NCBI GenBank assembly: GCA_036392515.1 | Contig: DASVXU010000144.1 | Location: forward strand, 20,385-84,384 | Length of the DNA stretch: 64,000 bases | Direction of reading: 5' to 3' | From: Gemmatimonadaceae bacterium | GTDB lineage: Bacteria; Gemmatimonadota; Gemmatimonadetes; Gemmatimonadales; Gemmatimonadaceae | Shown here: positions 45,861-57,056 of the stretch, piece by piece | Position numbering within the stretch: position 1 is the stretch's first letter | Layout: each line of letters begins with the position of its first letter | The notes under the pieces: generated by a model | Databases searched by the model: none | What the model saw: only the letters and a program-made list of their open reading frames with translations | What the model was told of the DNA's origin: nothing | Position numbers and translations under genes: made by a program

Positions 45861-46511
45861 ATGCTGGTCGAGATCTACTCCGACGTCGTCTGTCCGTGGT
45901 GTTACATCGGCGAGCGCCGCTTCGGGAAGGCGCTCGGCTCATTCACCGGAGCCGACGACGTCGAAGTCGTCTTCCGGCCCTTCCAGCTCGATCCCGACGC
46001 GCCCTCGACGCCGAGCCCGTTGCTCGACTCGCTGCGGTCGAAGTTCGGCCCTGGCGCGCGGGCGATGACCGAGCGCGTGACCGACGCCGGGGCAGGGGAG
46101 GGAATCCAGTTCCGGTGGGAGGACGCCATCGCCGTGAACACCCTCACCGCGCACCGTCTCCTCCGTCTCGCCGAGCAGGAGTACGGGACGAGCGTCCAGC
46201 GCGCATTGGCCGAGCGGCTCTTCGAGGCGCACTTCACGCTGGGCGCCAACATCGCGGACCCGGGACTTCTCACGACTCTCGCCGTGGCTGTCGGGATGGA
46301 TCGCGAGCGCGTGGAGCGCTACCTCTCGTCCGACGAGGGACTCGCCGAGACGCTCGACGCGCTGCGCCACGCCCGCGAGCTCGGCATCACCGCCGTGCCT
46401 TCGTTCGTGTTCGACGGCCAGTATCTCGTCGAGGGCGGCCAGCCGGCGGAGACCTTCGTCGCCGTGCTGAACGAGGTCGCCGAGCGGGCGGCGCAGGAGG
46501 GCGCGGCCTGA
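45861..46511 (+). CDS. DsbA-family thiol oxidoreductase (FrnE-like)
   Basis: ORF trimmed to MLVEIYSDVVCPWCYIGE (CPWC active site). Confidence 0.85.
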   Translation: MLVEIYSDVVCPWCYIGERRFGKALGSFTGADDVEVVFRPFQLDPDAPSTPSPLLDSLRSKFGPGARAMTERVTDAGAGEGIQFRWEDAIAVNTLTAHRLLRLAEQEYGTSVQRALAERLFEAHFTLGANIADPGLLTTLAVAVGMDRERVERYLSSDEGLAETLDALRHARELGITAVPSFVFDGQYLVEGGQPAETFVAVLNEVAERAAQEGAA

Positions 46512-46584
46512 GCCCCGCACCCAGCCGGCGTCGCGATCGTCGAGGCTGACCGCGCCCTCGCAGGAAGCGGGTCGACGATCCCGC

Positions 46585-46590
46585 TACAAT
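46585..46590 (+). promoter_or_regulatory. Candidate -10 box (TACAAT) placed for a leaderless transcript of the decarboxylase gene
   Basis: TACAAT ends 6 nt before the ATG at 46597. No convincing -35 element is present. Confidence 0.3.
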
Positions 46591-46596
46591 TAGCGC

Positions 46597-48096
46597 ATGA
46601 CCGACGCATCGAGCAGCGGCGAGCTCACTCTCGATCCCGCCACCGCCGCGGAATGGGACTCCTTCCGCGGACTCGCGCACCGCATGGTGGACGACATGCT
46701 CGCCCACCTCTCGACCCTCCGCGACCAGCCGGCGTGGCGGGAGATGCCCCTCGAGGTGCGCGCCGCGTTCGCCGGCGCGGTGCCGCGCGAGGGGATCGGC
46801 GCCGACGAAGCGTACGCGCGCTTCGTGAGCGACGTGCTCCCCTACCCGAACGGGAATCTCCACCCGCGCTTCTTCGGCTGGGTGCAGGGAAACGGGACGC
46901 CGTTAGGCATGATGGCCGACATGCTCGCCGCCGGCCTTGACGCGCACCTCGCGGGCTTCAACCACGCGCCCGCGCTCGTCGAGCACCAGGTGATCGCCTG
47001 GCTCGCCGGCCTCATGGGAATGCCCGGCGCGAGCGGGCTGCTCGTCAGCGGCGGTACGATGGCGAGCACGCTGGGTCTCGCCGTCGGGCGCGTGTCGAAG
47101 GCGCGCGAGCTCGGGTTCGATGCCCGTGAGCTCGGCATGCAGCGATGGCCCGACGTCGTGCCTCACGGTCCACTCGTCTTCTACGGCTCGCGAGAGACGC
47201 ACGGTTGGGCGCGCAAGGCCGCCGAGCTGCTCGGGCTCGGCGATCGTGCCTTCCGGCGCGTCCCCGTCGATCGCGAGTATCGGATCGATCTCGGCACGCT
47301 CGCCGCGATGCTCGCCGAGGATCGCGCCGCCGGGCTCCTGCCGTTCTGCGTGATCGGCACCGCGGGAACCGTCAACACCGGGGCGTCCGACGACCTCGCG
47401 GCGCTCGCCGACCTGGCCGCGCACGAGAAGCTCTGGTTCCACGTCGACGGAGCGTTCGGCGCGCTCGCGTATCTCTCCGACCAGCTGCGGCCGCAGGTCG
47501 CGGGTCTCGAGCGTGCCGACTCGATCGGCTTCGACCTGCACAAGTGGGGCTACCTCCCCTTCGAGTGCGCCTGCGTCCTGGTCCGCGACCCGGTGCTCCA
47601 TCGCAACGCCTTCGCCACGACGGCGAGCTATCTTGCCGGCACGACGCGCGGCGTCATCGCCGGCGGCCTCCCCTTCGCCGATCGCGGCATCGAGCTCACG
47701 CGTGGCTTCAAGGCGCTCAAGGTGTGGCTCTCGCTCCTGGCCGACGGCGTTGACACGCTCGTCGCGCTCATCGAGCAGAACGTCTCGCAGGTGCGGCACC
47801 TCGTCGCCCGCGTCGAGGCGAGCGAGGAGCTGGAGCTGCTCGCGCCCGCCCCGCTCAACATCGCCTGCTTCCGCTACGCGCCGGCGGGCGTCGACGCGAC
47901 GCGACTCGACGCGATCAACGAGGAGATCCTCCTGCGGCTGCAGGAGCGCGGCATCGCGGTGCCCTCGGGCACGACGCTCGACGGACGCTTCGCGATCCGC
48001 GTCGCGAACACCAACCATCGCGCGCGCACCGAGGACCTCGACGCCGTCGTGGACGGAGTGCTCGAGATCGGGCGCGAGCTCGTTCACCCCGGATGA
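46597..48096 (+). CDS. Group II PLP-dependent decarboxylase (aromatic-amino-acid / glutamate decarboxylase family)
   Basis: 499 aa with the PLP-lysine context SIGFDLHKWGYLP and the HVDGAFG motif. Confidence 0.88.
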   Translation: MTDASSSGELTLDPATAAEWDSFRGLAHRMVDDMLAHLSTLRDQPAWREMPLEVRAAFAGAVPREGIGADEAYARFVSDVLPYPNGNLHPRFFGWVQGNGTPLGMMADMLAAGLDAHLAGFNHAPALVEHQVIAWLAGLMGMPGASGLLVSGGTMASTLGLAVGRVSKARELGFDARELGMQRWPDVVPHGPLVFYGSRETHGWARKAAELLGLGDRAFRRVPVDREYRIDLGTLAAMLAEDRAAGLLPFCVIGTAGTVNTGASDDLAALADLAAHEKLWFHVDGAFGALAYLSDQLRPQVAGLERADSIGFDLHKWGYLPFECACVLVRDPVLHRNAFATTASYLAGTTRGVIAGGLPFADRGIELTRGFKALKVWLSLLADGVDTLVALIEQNVSQVRHLVARVEASEELELLAPAPLNIACFRYAPAGVDATRLDAINEEILLRLQERGIAVPSGTTLDGRFAIRVANTNHRARTEDLDAVVDGVLEIGRELVHPG

Positions 48097-48127
48097 GAAA
48101 GGGGGCCGGGATCCGGCCCCCTCTCCC
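48095..48127. terminator. GC-rich hairpin between convergent genes
   Basis: gagaaaGGGGGCCGG-gat-CCGGCCCCCtctc. Confidence 0.65.
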
Positions 48128-48141
48128 GCCGTGCGACCCGC

Positions 48142-49218
48142 TCAGCGCCCCGTCGTGATCGGCCGCTTCGCCGCGACGCTCATCTGCCCCCGCGCCGTGA
48201 GGCGCGCGCTCTCGATCCCGCGAATGCTCTCGGCCGTCGCGTTGGTCTCGTTGGTCAGCGTCCAGTCGAGCCGGCGCGGGCCGCGATGCAGCACGATGCC
48301 GGGGCCGTCCGGATCGGCGTCCCACTTTCCCTGTGCGACGACACCGCGGCGATTCTTCCAGACGTAGCTGCCGTCCTCGTTCACGCGGAGCGCTTCGGTC
48401 GCGCCCATGTGCGCGTACTCCGTCCAGACGTCCCCGCCGACGACGCGGGAGTTGGCGGCCATCGTCTCGCCGAGCGCCCAGTCGCCGACGAAGAACCTCG
48501 TCCAGTACGGCTGCCTGTCGAGCGCGACGACGCTCCCCCAGTCGATGCAGTCCGTCGCGCTGGACACCTCGAGCGACTGCACGAGGTACTTCTTCGCGCC
48601 GCAGGTCACCGCGCCGCGGCGCGGCGAATCGGTGCCGACCTCGCGCACGAGCCCGCGGCGCCACCCGGTGGACAGGTGGAAGCGCACCGTGTCACCCGCG
48701 CGGAAGCTGCCGAAGGCGGGCCAGTCGCGAGGGCTCGCGCTGATCGGCCGGCCGTCGCGCATCGCCGCGCCGGTCGCGCGCACCGGGCCGCGCGCCTGCG
48801 TGGCGGGCGCGGGAGTCGGTGCGGGCGCCGCGGCGGACGTGCCCACGCGCGAGAGGTAGCGGACGACGTCGTTCGCGCCGTAGCGACGCGCGCGGTCGAG
48901 CGCCGTGAAGCCGTTGGCGTCGGTCATCGACAGATCGGCGCCATGCTCGATCAGGAACTGCACGACCTCGAGGTGGTCCGCGGAGGCGGCGGCCATCAGC
49001 GGCGTGAGTCCCGTCGGCGACAGCTGCCAGTTCACGTCGCCGCCTCCCTGCACGATCAGCCGGATCTCGGGGAGGTCGCCACCGTCCGCGTCGCGAACGA
49101 GCGCTTCGCCCTTGAGTTGTGCGGAGGAATGTGCCCATGGTCCTGACTGGGCGTGGAGCGCGGGGACGAAGAGGGCGAGCGACGCCGCGGCGGACGCGGC
49201 GAGCAGAATACGACGCAT
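48142..49218 (-). CDS. Secreted ankyrin-repeat protein with unknown C-terminal domain
   Basis: ORF trimmed to MRRILLAASAAASLALFVPALHAQ (signal). The ANK units are TPLMAAASADHLEVVQFLIEHGADL and NGFTALDRARRYGANDVVRYL. Confidence 0.75.
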   Translation of the reverse strand: MRRILLAASAAASLALFVPALHAQSGPWAHSSAQLKGEALVRDADGGDLPEIRLIVQGGGDVNWQLSPTGLTPLMAAASADHLEVVQFLIEHGADLSMTDANGFTALDRARRYGANDVVRYLSRVGTSAAAPAPTPAPATQARGPVRATGAAMRDGRPISASPRDWPAFGSFRAGDTVRFHLSTGWRRGLVREVGTDSPRRGAVTCGAKKYLVQSLEVSSATDCIDWGSVVALDRQPYWTRFFVGDWALGETMAANSRVVGGDVWTEYAHMGATEALRVNEDGSYVWKNRRGVVAQGKWDADPDGPGIVLHRGPRRLDWTLTNETNATAESIRGIESARLTARGQMSVAAKRPITTGR

Positions 49219-49262
49219 GGGAGGTCGGCGACTGGTGAGGTGCTGCGGATTCCCGTGAAAGA

Positions 49263-49300
49263 CGATCGGGGGCCGGGATTGCAATCCCGGCCCCCGATCG
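49263..49300. terminator. Perfect 18-bp hairpin downstream of gyrB
   Basis: cgatcgggggccgggatt-gc-aatcccggcccccgatcg. It shares the GGGGGCCGGGAT core with the hairpin at 48095..48127. Confidence 0.65.
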
Positions 49301-49321
49301 AAACGTCGCGTCAGGCTCGCG

Positions 49322-51352
<2,031 letters not shown>

Positions 51353-51439
51353 TCAATCTTCAGCGCGGCTTCTATCCCGTGTAATGGCAACCACTTGCAA
51401 GCGGTCGCGGCAGCGGATCTCGGCGTCGGATCGAACCCG

Positions 51440-52393
51440 CTACTCCACCCGCACCACCGGCGTCTGCAGCGGCGGGAGCGTCGCTTCGATCTCGCGGCGC
51501 TTCGGCTCCAGCCATGGCGGAAGCACGAGCGATTCGCCGAGCGTCTCGGGCGATTCGTCGATCGCGAAGCCCGGTCCGTCCGTCGCCAGCTCGAAGAGCA
51601 CGCCCCCCGGCTCGAGGAAGTAGACGGAGCGGAACCAGAAGCGGTCGATCACGGGCGTCGGCCGGCGATGCGCCTGCTCGACGCGCTCGCGCACGGCCAT
51701 CTCGGCTTCGTCGTCCGGGACGCGCCACGCGATGTGGTGCACGCCGCCCGTCCCCCAGCGCCCGCGCGCCGAGCGCGGCGCTTCCGTGACGTCGATGAAG
51801 CGTCCGGAACCCCCGCCGAGCACGCCGAAGCGGTGCCAGCCATCTTCGTCGCCGAGCTTCGTGAGGCCTAACGTGCCGGTGAGGAACGCCGCCGTCGCGG
51901 CGAGGTCGCGCTCGACGATGCGCATCGAGTGCAATCCGATCACCTGCCGATCGGCGGGAACGGGGCTCTCGTTCCAGGGGGTGAAGTCGCGCGCGTCCGA
52001 TGTCTCGATCAGCGCGATGCGGAGGCCGTGCACGTCCGCGAAGGGAAGCACACGCTCGCCGAACCGCGTGGCGATCGTGTCCGTCCCGATGCCGGCGCGC
52101 CCGAGCCGATGCTGCCAGTACTCGAGCGAGCCGGTGGGGACGGCGAGCCCGACCTCGCTCGCCAGTCCCACTCCCGGCGACACCGGCTCCATGTCGGGCC
52201 ACGGGAAGAACGTGAGGTCGGTACCCGGACTGCCCGCGCCGTCGGCGTAGAACAGGTGGTACGTCCCCGGCACGTCCTGATTCACCGACTTCTTCACGAG
52301 CCGCATCCCGAGCAGCCCCGTGTAGAAGTCCAGATTCTCCTGCGGATCACCCGCGATGCAGGTGACGTGGTGAAGCCCCGTGATCCCGATCAT
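51440..52393 (-). CDS. Ring-cleaving dioxygenase, VOC/glyoxalase superfamily (MhqO-like)
   Basis: 317 aa with duplicated VOC modules (GLHHVTCIAGDPQENLDFY...; GVHHIAWRV). Confidence 0.85.
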   Translation of the reverse strand: MIGITGLHHVTCIAGDPQENLDFYTGLLGMRLVKKSVNQDVPGTYHLFYADGAGSPGTDLTFFPWPDMEPVSPGVGLASEVGLAVPTGSLEYWQHRLGRAGIGTDTIATRFGERVLPFADVHGLRIALIETSDARDFTPWNESPVPADRQVIGLHSMRIVERDLAATAAFLTGTLGLTKLGDEDGWHRFGVLGGGSGRFIDVTEAPRSARGRWGTGGVHHIAWRVPDDEAEMAVRERVEQAHRRPTPVIDRFWFRSVYFLEPGGVLFELATDGPGFAIDESPETLGESLVLPPWLEPKRREIEATLPPLQTPVVRVE

Positions 52394-52403
52394 GGTGCCC
52401 TCG

Positions 52404-52964
52404 TCAGGCGCGAACCGCCTGCGCCTCGATGTGGATCTTGATGTCGTTGCTGACGAGAATCCCGCCCGTCTCGAGCGTCTGGTTCCAGACGAGCCCGAAC
52501 TCGCGGCGATCGATCTTGCCGTCGGCGCTGAAGCTGACGCGCTCGCCGCCCCACGGATCCCGGCCGCGCCCCTCGTAGGTCGCGGTGAGCTTCACCTCAC
52601 GCGTCGTGCCACGGATCGTCAGGTCGCCGATCACGGTGAATCCCTCGCCGGCCTCGGCGCGGGCGCCCTCGATCCGCTTGCTCTTGAAGGTGATGCGCGG
52701 ATGGTTCTCGGCGTCGAGGAAGTCGCCGGAGACGAGGTGGCCGTCGCGCTGCTCGACGCCGGTGTCGATGCTGCCCGCGGCGAAGGAGACGTCGACCGAG
52801 GAGCGCTCGGGGTTCTGCTCGTCGATGCGGATGCTGCCGGTCACGTCCTTCAGCCGTCCCTTGACGGTCGTGATCATCATGTGCTTCGCCGAGAACTCGA
52901 CCGTGGTGTGCGTGGGGTCGATGTTCCAGGTGCTGACGCCGGTCGGCTGGGTGGTGGTCGCCAT
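52404..52964 (-). CDS. YceI-family polyisoprenoid-binding protein
   Basis: 186 aa with WNIDPTHTTVEFSAKHMMITTVKGRL and the RDGHLVSGDFLD pattern. Confidence 0.9.
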   Translation of the reverse strand: MATTTQPTGVSTWNIDPTHTTVEFSAKHMMITTVKGRLKDVTGSIRIDEQNPERSSVDVSFAAGSIDTGVEQRDGHLVSGDFLDAENHPRITFKSKRIEGARAEAGEGFTVIGDLTIRGTTREVKLTATYEGRGRDPWGGERVSFSADGKIDRREFGLVWNQTLETGGILVSNDIKIHIEAQAVRA

Positions 52965-52998
52965 GGTGGTGCTCCTCAGGTGGTGGGTACGGGGTAAG

Positions 52999-53016
52999 TA
53001 TCTTATCAGTGAGATA
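52999..53016. promoter_or_regulatory. Candidate MarR operator upstream of the yceI-dioxygenase operon
   Basis: TATCTTA-tcag-TGAGATA in an AT-rich island. It is a near copy (reverse complement) of the site at 53571. Confidence 0.6.
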
Positions 53017-53031
53017 TAGCGCCTGCTGTCG

Positions 53032-53571
53032 TCATTCCGGTTCCCGCGCCTCGTCCTCCGCGGCTGCGCGGCCGAGCGTCCGCAGCAGCTTCGTCGCCGT
53101 GCGTCGCTCCTCGCGCGTGAGCCCGCCGACCGCGCGTGCGATCGCCGCGGCGTGATCGGGGAAGATGCGCCGGATCAGCGCACGCCCCGCCGTGGTCAGG
53201 ACCGCGTACCGCGCGCGCCGGTCGTTGGGGCAAGCTTCGCGCGCCACGAGCCCCTTCTTCTCGAGCCGGTCGACGAGAAAGGTCGTGCCGCCGCTCGACA
53301 CCAGCACCCGCCGCTGCAGATCCCCCAGCAGGAGCGGCCCCTTGTGGTAGAGCGCCTCGAGGATGCCGAACTCGGCGCTCGAGAGCCCATGCCGCGCGAT
53401 GTCGGCCTCGCTGTGACGGCCGACCGCGGCGTGCGCGCGGGACAGGACGACCCAGAGCTTCAGCTCCTCCGCGTACCGCTCGTCCACCGGCGCCGGCGCG
53501 TGCGCGCCCGTCGCCCGCGGGGAGCGGGGCGCCTGCCGTGCCGGCTTCGGGGAAGGAGTGCGCGTCGTCAT
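53032..53571 (-). CDS. MarR-family transcriptional regulator
   Basis: 179 aa with a winged HTH (LSSAEFGILEALYHKGPLLLGDLQRRVLVSSGGTTFLVDRLEKKGLV). Confidence 0.88.
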   Translation of the reverse strand: MTTRTPSPKPARQAPRSPRATGAHAPAPVDERYAEELKLWVVLSRAHAAVGRHSEADIARHGLSSAEFGILEALYHKGPLLLGDLQRRVLVSSGGTTFLVDRLEKKGLVAREACPNDRRARYAVLTTAGRALIRRIFPDHAAAIARAVGGLTREERRTATKLLRTLGRAAAEDEAREPE

Positions 53572-53588
53572 ATCTCAGTACTAAGATA
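53571..53588. promoter_or_regulatory. Candidate MarR autoregulatory operator
   Basis: TATCTCA-gtac-TAAGATA, abutting the marR start codon. Its reverse complement TATCTTA-gtac-TGAGATA matches the site at 52999. Confidence 0.6.
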
Positions 53589-53622
53589 TATCGGCGGCGC
53601 CGCGACGCAAGGGGGGCCGCCG

Positions 53623-53955
53623 TCAGCGCTGCAGCAGCCAGCGGATCCGCGAGACCGGCTGACGCCCGGGCTTCGCGTTGAGCTGCTTCAGCAGCTCGGG
53701 CTCGAGCAGCGAGAGCTCCGTCATCCATCCGTGCGTCGTCACCGCCACGAACAGCAGCCCGTCCTGCGTCACCGAGAGCGGCTTCGTCACCGCCGCGATC
53801 TGCGGGCCGACGAGCGACTCCCACTCCGGTACCACCGCCGCCTGCTCGACGCGCGGCGCGAGGCCGCTCTTCGCCAGGTAGCTCGCCAGCGCCTCGCCGA
53901 TCGACGCGGTCCTGTGCTGCTTCTCGTCCGGCTTCCGCCGCTCGCGGCGCGTCAT
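53623..53955 (-). CDS. DUF721 (DciA-like) protein
   Basis: The last 110 aa of ORF 53623..55137 start MTRRERRK...IGEALASYLAKSGL. It overlaps the recF stop by 4 nt, the usual position of DUF721. Confidence 0.72.
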   Translation of the reverse strand: MTRRERRKPDEKQHRTASIGEALASYLAKSGLAPRVEQAAVVPEWESLVGPQIAAVTKPLSVTQDGLLFVAVTTHGWMTELSLLEPELLKQLNAKPGRQPVSRIRWLLQR

Positions 53956-55076
53956 GCGGCCCCCGCCCGGATCCACGGCGTCAGCGCGCCGTGCTGCACC
54001 CGCCAACGTGCGAGCCGCGTCAGGCTGGGCGGGATGTCGCTCTCCCGGGGAACGGCGAGGATCGTCTGCCCCGCACCCTCGCCGGCGAAGAGCTCGAGGA
54101 TGCGCGCCGAGCGCCGCGCGTCCAGCTCGGCGAAGGGATCGTCGAGCAGCAGGAGTGGGGCGTTGTCGCGCTCCTGGCGCAGCGTCTCCTGCTCGAGGAC
54201 CCGCAGGGCGATCGCCGCGGTGCGCTGCTGCCCGGCCGAGCCGAAGGTCCGCAGCTCGCGGCCGTCGAGGGTGAGCTCGAGGTCGTCGCGATGCGGGCCG
54301 GCGTGCGTCAGGCCGCGGCGGAGGTCGAGCGAGCGCTTCGATTCGAGCGCGCGCGCGAGCGCGGCCGCGACGTCGTCGTCGCCGCCGTCGAGCGAGGTCG
54401 CGTAGCGCATCACCGCGCTGCCGCGCTCGCCGATCGCCTCGCAGACGCGCGCGAACCGTTCCTGGTGCGCGCGCACCCACGCGACGCGCGCGCTCCAGAT
54501 CCGCGCGCCGTGCTCGGCGAGCGCGGGCTCCCACACCGCGACGCGCGATTCGTCGCGCGCCGATCGGAATCCGTCGCGCAGCGCCGCGTTGCGGCGCGCC
54601 AGCGCGCCGCGGTACGACTGCAGCGCGGTGAGGTACGGGCGCGAGGTGAGCGCGAGGACGACGTCGAGGTATCGGCGACGCTCGCCCGGGCTCCCCGCGA
54701 CGAGCGCCGCGTCGCGCGGCGAGCAGAGCACGGAGGGAAGGGCGCCTAACGCGTCGGACAGCCGCGGCGGCTCCGCGCCGTCGAGCATGACCCGCTTCCG
54801 CTTCGTCGCCCGCTCGAAGCCGGCGCCGATGCCGTGCGCCCCGCGCGCGCCGACCGTCTCTGCGGCGATGTGGAATGCGGGCGCGCCGAAGCGCACGAGG
54901 TCCACATCGCGCGCGCCGCGTGCCGAACGGAGGAGCTGCAGGTAGTACGCGGCCTCGAGGAGGTTGGTCTTGCCGTGCCCGTTCTCCCCGACGACGACCA
55001 TCCCCTCCGGCGGGACCTCGAGCTCGACGCGCTCGAGGTTCCGGAAGTCGCGGACGGCGAGGCGCGCCAGGCGCAT
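53952..55076 (-). CDS. recF: DNA replication and repair protein RecF
   Basis: 374 aa with Walker A GENGHGKTNLLEA, the signature region SAGQQRT and Walker B LLLLDDPFAELD. Confidence 0.93.
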   Translation of the reverse strand: MRLARLAVRDFRNLERVELEVPPEGMVVVGENGHGKTNLLEAAYYLQLLRSARGARDVDLVRFGAPAFHIAAETVGARGAHGIGAGFERATKRKRVMLDGAEPPRLSDALGALPSVLCSPRDAALVAGSPGERRRYLDVVLALTSRPYLTALQSYRGALARRNAALRDGFRSARDESRVAVWEPALAEHGARIWSARVAWVRAHQERFARVCEAIGERGSAVMRYATSLDGGDDDVAAALARALESKRSLDLRRGLTHAGPHRDDLELTLDGRELRTFGSAGQQRTAAIALRVLEQETLRQERDNAPLLLLDDPFAELDARRSARILELFAGEGAGQTILAVPRESDIPPSLTRLARWRVQHGALTPWIRAGAA

Positions 55077-55081
55077 CGAGG

Positions 55082-55882
55082 CTACCGGCCGGTGAAGTTC
55101 GGCGCGCGCTTCTCGAGGAAGGCGCGCGCGCCCTCACGCATGTCGGTCGTCGTCGCGCAGCGGCCGAAGTTCTCCGCCTCGAGCGCGATCGCCTCCTCGA
55201 GGGGGAGGTCGAGCCCGCGATCGACCGTCTCGATCGCCAGCGCGAGCGCGACGGGGCCGTTGGCGATCATCTGTCCCATCATCTTCCGCGTCGCCGCGAT
55301 GAGCTCCGCCGCCGGCACGACGGCGTTCACGAGACCGATGCGCAGCGCCTCCTCCGCGTCGATCGTCTCGCCGGTGAGGATGAGCTGCAGCGCCCGGCCC
55401 TTGCCCACGAGGCGCGGCAGCCGCTGCGTCCCGCCGTAGCCCGGGATGATGCCGAGCTTCACCTCCGGCTGCCCGAGCTTCGCCGCCTCCGAGGCGATCC
55501 GCACGTGGCAGGCGAGCGCCAGCTCGCACCCGCCGCCTAACGCGAAGCCGTTCACCGCCGCGATCACCGGCTTCGGCGACGTCTCGAAGCGACGGAACAC
55601 GTGCTGCCCGTGGTGCGCGAAGCGGCGCGCCTCCTCCTCCGTCAGCGTCGGGAACTGCGAGATGTCCGCGCCGGCCACGAACGCCCGCCCCGCGCCGGTG
55701 ACGATCACCCCCAGCACATCCGCGCTCGCGCGCGCACGGTCGATCGCCTCGCCCAGCCCGGCGAGCGTCGCCCGATCCAGCGCGTTCAGCCTGTCGGGGC
55801 GGTTGACGGTGATCGTCGCGATGCGGTCGGCGACCTCGTAGCTGACCGGGGACGAGGCGGCCGGGGAGGTGGGTGCGGTCAT
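55082..55882 (-). CDS. Enoyl-CoA hydratase (crotonase family)
   Basis: 266 aa with FVAGADI and AAVNGFALGGGCELALACH motifs. Confidence 0.9.
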   Translation of the reverse strand: MTAPTSPAASSPVSYEVADRIATITVNRPDRLNALDRATLAGLGEAIDRARASADVLGVIVTGAGRAFVAGADISQFPTLTEEEARRFAHHGQHVFRRFETSPKPVIAAVNGFALGGGCELALACHVRIASEAAKLGQPEVKLGIIPGYGGTQRLPRLVGKGRALQLILTGETIDAEEALRIGLVNAVVPAAELIAATRKMMGQMIANGPVALALAIETVDRGLDLPLEEAIALEAENFGRCATTTDMREGARAFLEKRAPNFTGR

Positions 55883-55986
55883 CGGTGTTCGGTGCTCGCC
55901 ATGAGGGGGGACGTCGCGGCGGAGGACGCCGGCCGCGAGCCCCGGAATGTAATCCCCGGGACTGCTTTTTGCCTTTCTCGCACGTC

Positions 55987-57018
55987 ATGAGCAGCGCTGC
56001 GCGCGAACGCTGGATCCTCCGCAAGGGCAGTCCCGCCAACGGCTTCCGCTACGAGACGGAAGACGGGAGGGCGGTGCGCGACGCGAAGACCCTCGCGCGC
56101 ATCGACGGCCTGCGCGTGCCGCCGGCGTGGCGCGACGTGCACCTCGCCGCGAGCCCGCGCAATTCCATCCAGGCGTGGGGCTTCGACGCGCGCGGACGCA
56201 AGCAGTACCGGTATCACGAGACCGCCACGAAGCGCGGCGAGCTGCGGAAGTACTATCGCGTGCGACAGCTCGGTCGCGATCTCCCGCGCATCCGACGCGT
56301 CCTCGCGGAACACGAGCGCCGCCGCGGTGCGACGCTCGAGCGCGTCGCCGCCGGCGTCCTCCGGCTGATCGCCGAGCGCTGCTTCCGGCCCGGCAGCGAT
56401 CGCTACGTGAAGGAGAACCGCTCCTTCGGCATCACCACGCTGCGAAAATCGCACGTGGCGATCGAGGGTGACGCGGTCGTCTTCGCGTTTCGTGGGAAGA
56501 GCGGGGTGAAGCAGCGGCATCGCGTCGTCGACCGCGAGGTCGCGCGCTTCGTCCGCACGCTGCTCGACACGCCGGGCACGCGCCTCTTCCGCTACGAGAA
56601 GGACGGCGAGTGGCACGATCTCGACGCGCGAACGCTCAACGACTACCTCCGCGATTCGCTCGGCTTTCCGTACACGGCGAAGGACTTCAGGACCTGGGGC
56701 GGGACGCTGCGTGCCGCGACCGTGCTCGCGGAGATCGGCCCTCCCCGAAGCATGACCGACGGGAAGCGCAACGTGGCCACGGTCATGCGTCTCGTCGCCG
56801 CGGAGCTGGGGAACACGCCGACGATCTGTCGCAAGTCCTACGTGCACCCGGTGATCCTCGAGCGCTACCTGGACGACGGAGAGACCATCGCCGAGCGGCT
56901 CGGCCGCGCCGGCGGAAATGGCCGTGCCCACACGCACACCGCCGAGGAGCGCGCCCTCGTGCGCTTCCTCGACGAGCATTTCCCCGAGCGGCGCAAGCGG
57001 CGACGCGTCGAGGCGTAG
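55987..57018 (+). CDS. DNA topoisomerase IB (poxvirus-like bacterial type)
   Basis: ORF trimmed to MSSAARERWILRKG. It has FRGKSG, TAKDFRTWGGT and the catalytic-tyrosine context CRKSYVHP. Confidence 0.85.
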   Translation: MSSAARERWILRKGSPANGFRYETEDGRAVRDAKTLARIDGLRVPPAWRDVHLAASPRNSIQAWGFDARGRKQYRYHETATKRGELRKYYRVRQLGRDLPRIRRVLAEHERRRGATLERVAAGVLRLIAERCFRPGSDRYVKENRSFGITTLRKSHVAIEGDAVVFAFRGKSGVKQRHRVVDREVARFVRTLLDTPGTRLFRYEKDGEWHDLDARTLNDYLRDSLGFPYTAKDFRTWGGTLRAATVLAEIGPPRSMTDGKRNVATVMRLVAAELGNTPTICRKSYVHPVILERYLDDGETIAERLGRAGGNGRAHTHTAEERALVRFLDEHFPERRKRRRVEA

Positions 57019-57056
57019 CCATTCCAGCCACGGGCGTCGCGGCGTACGTTACGCGC

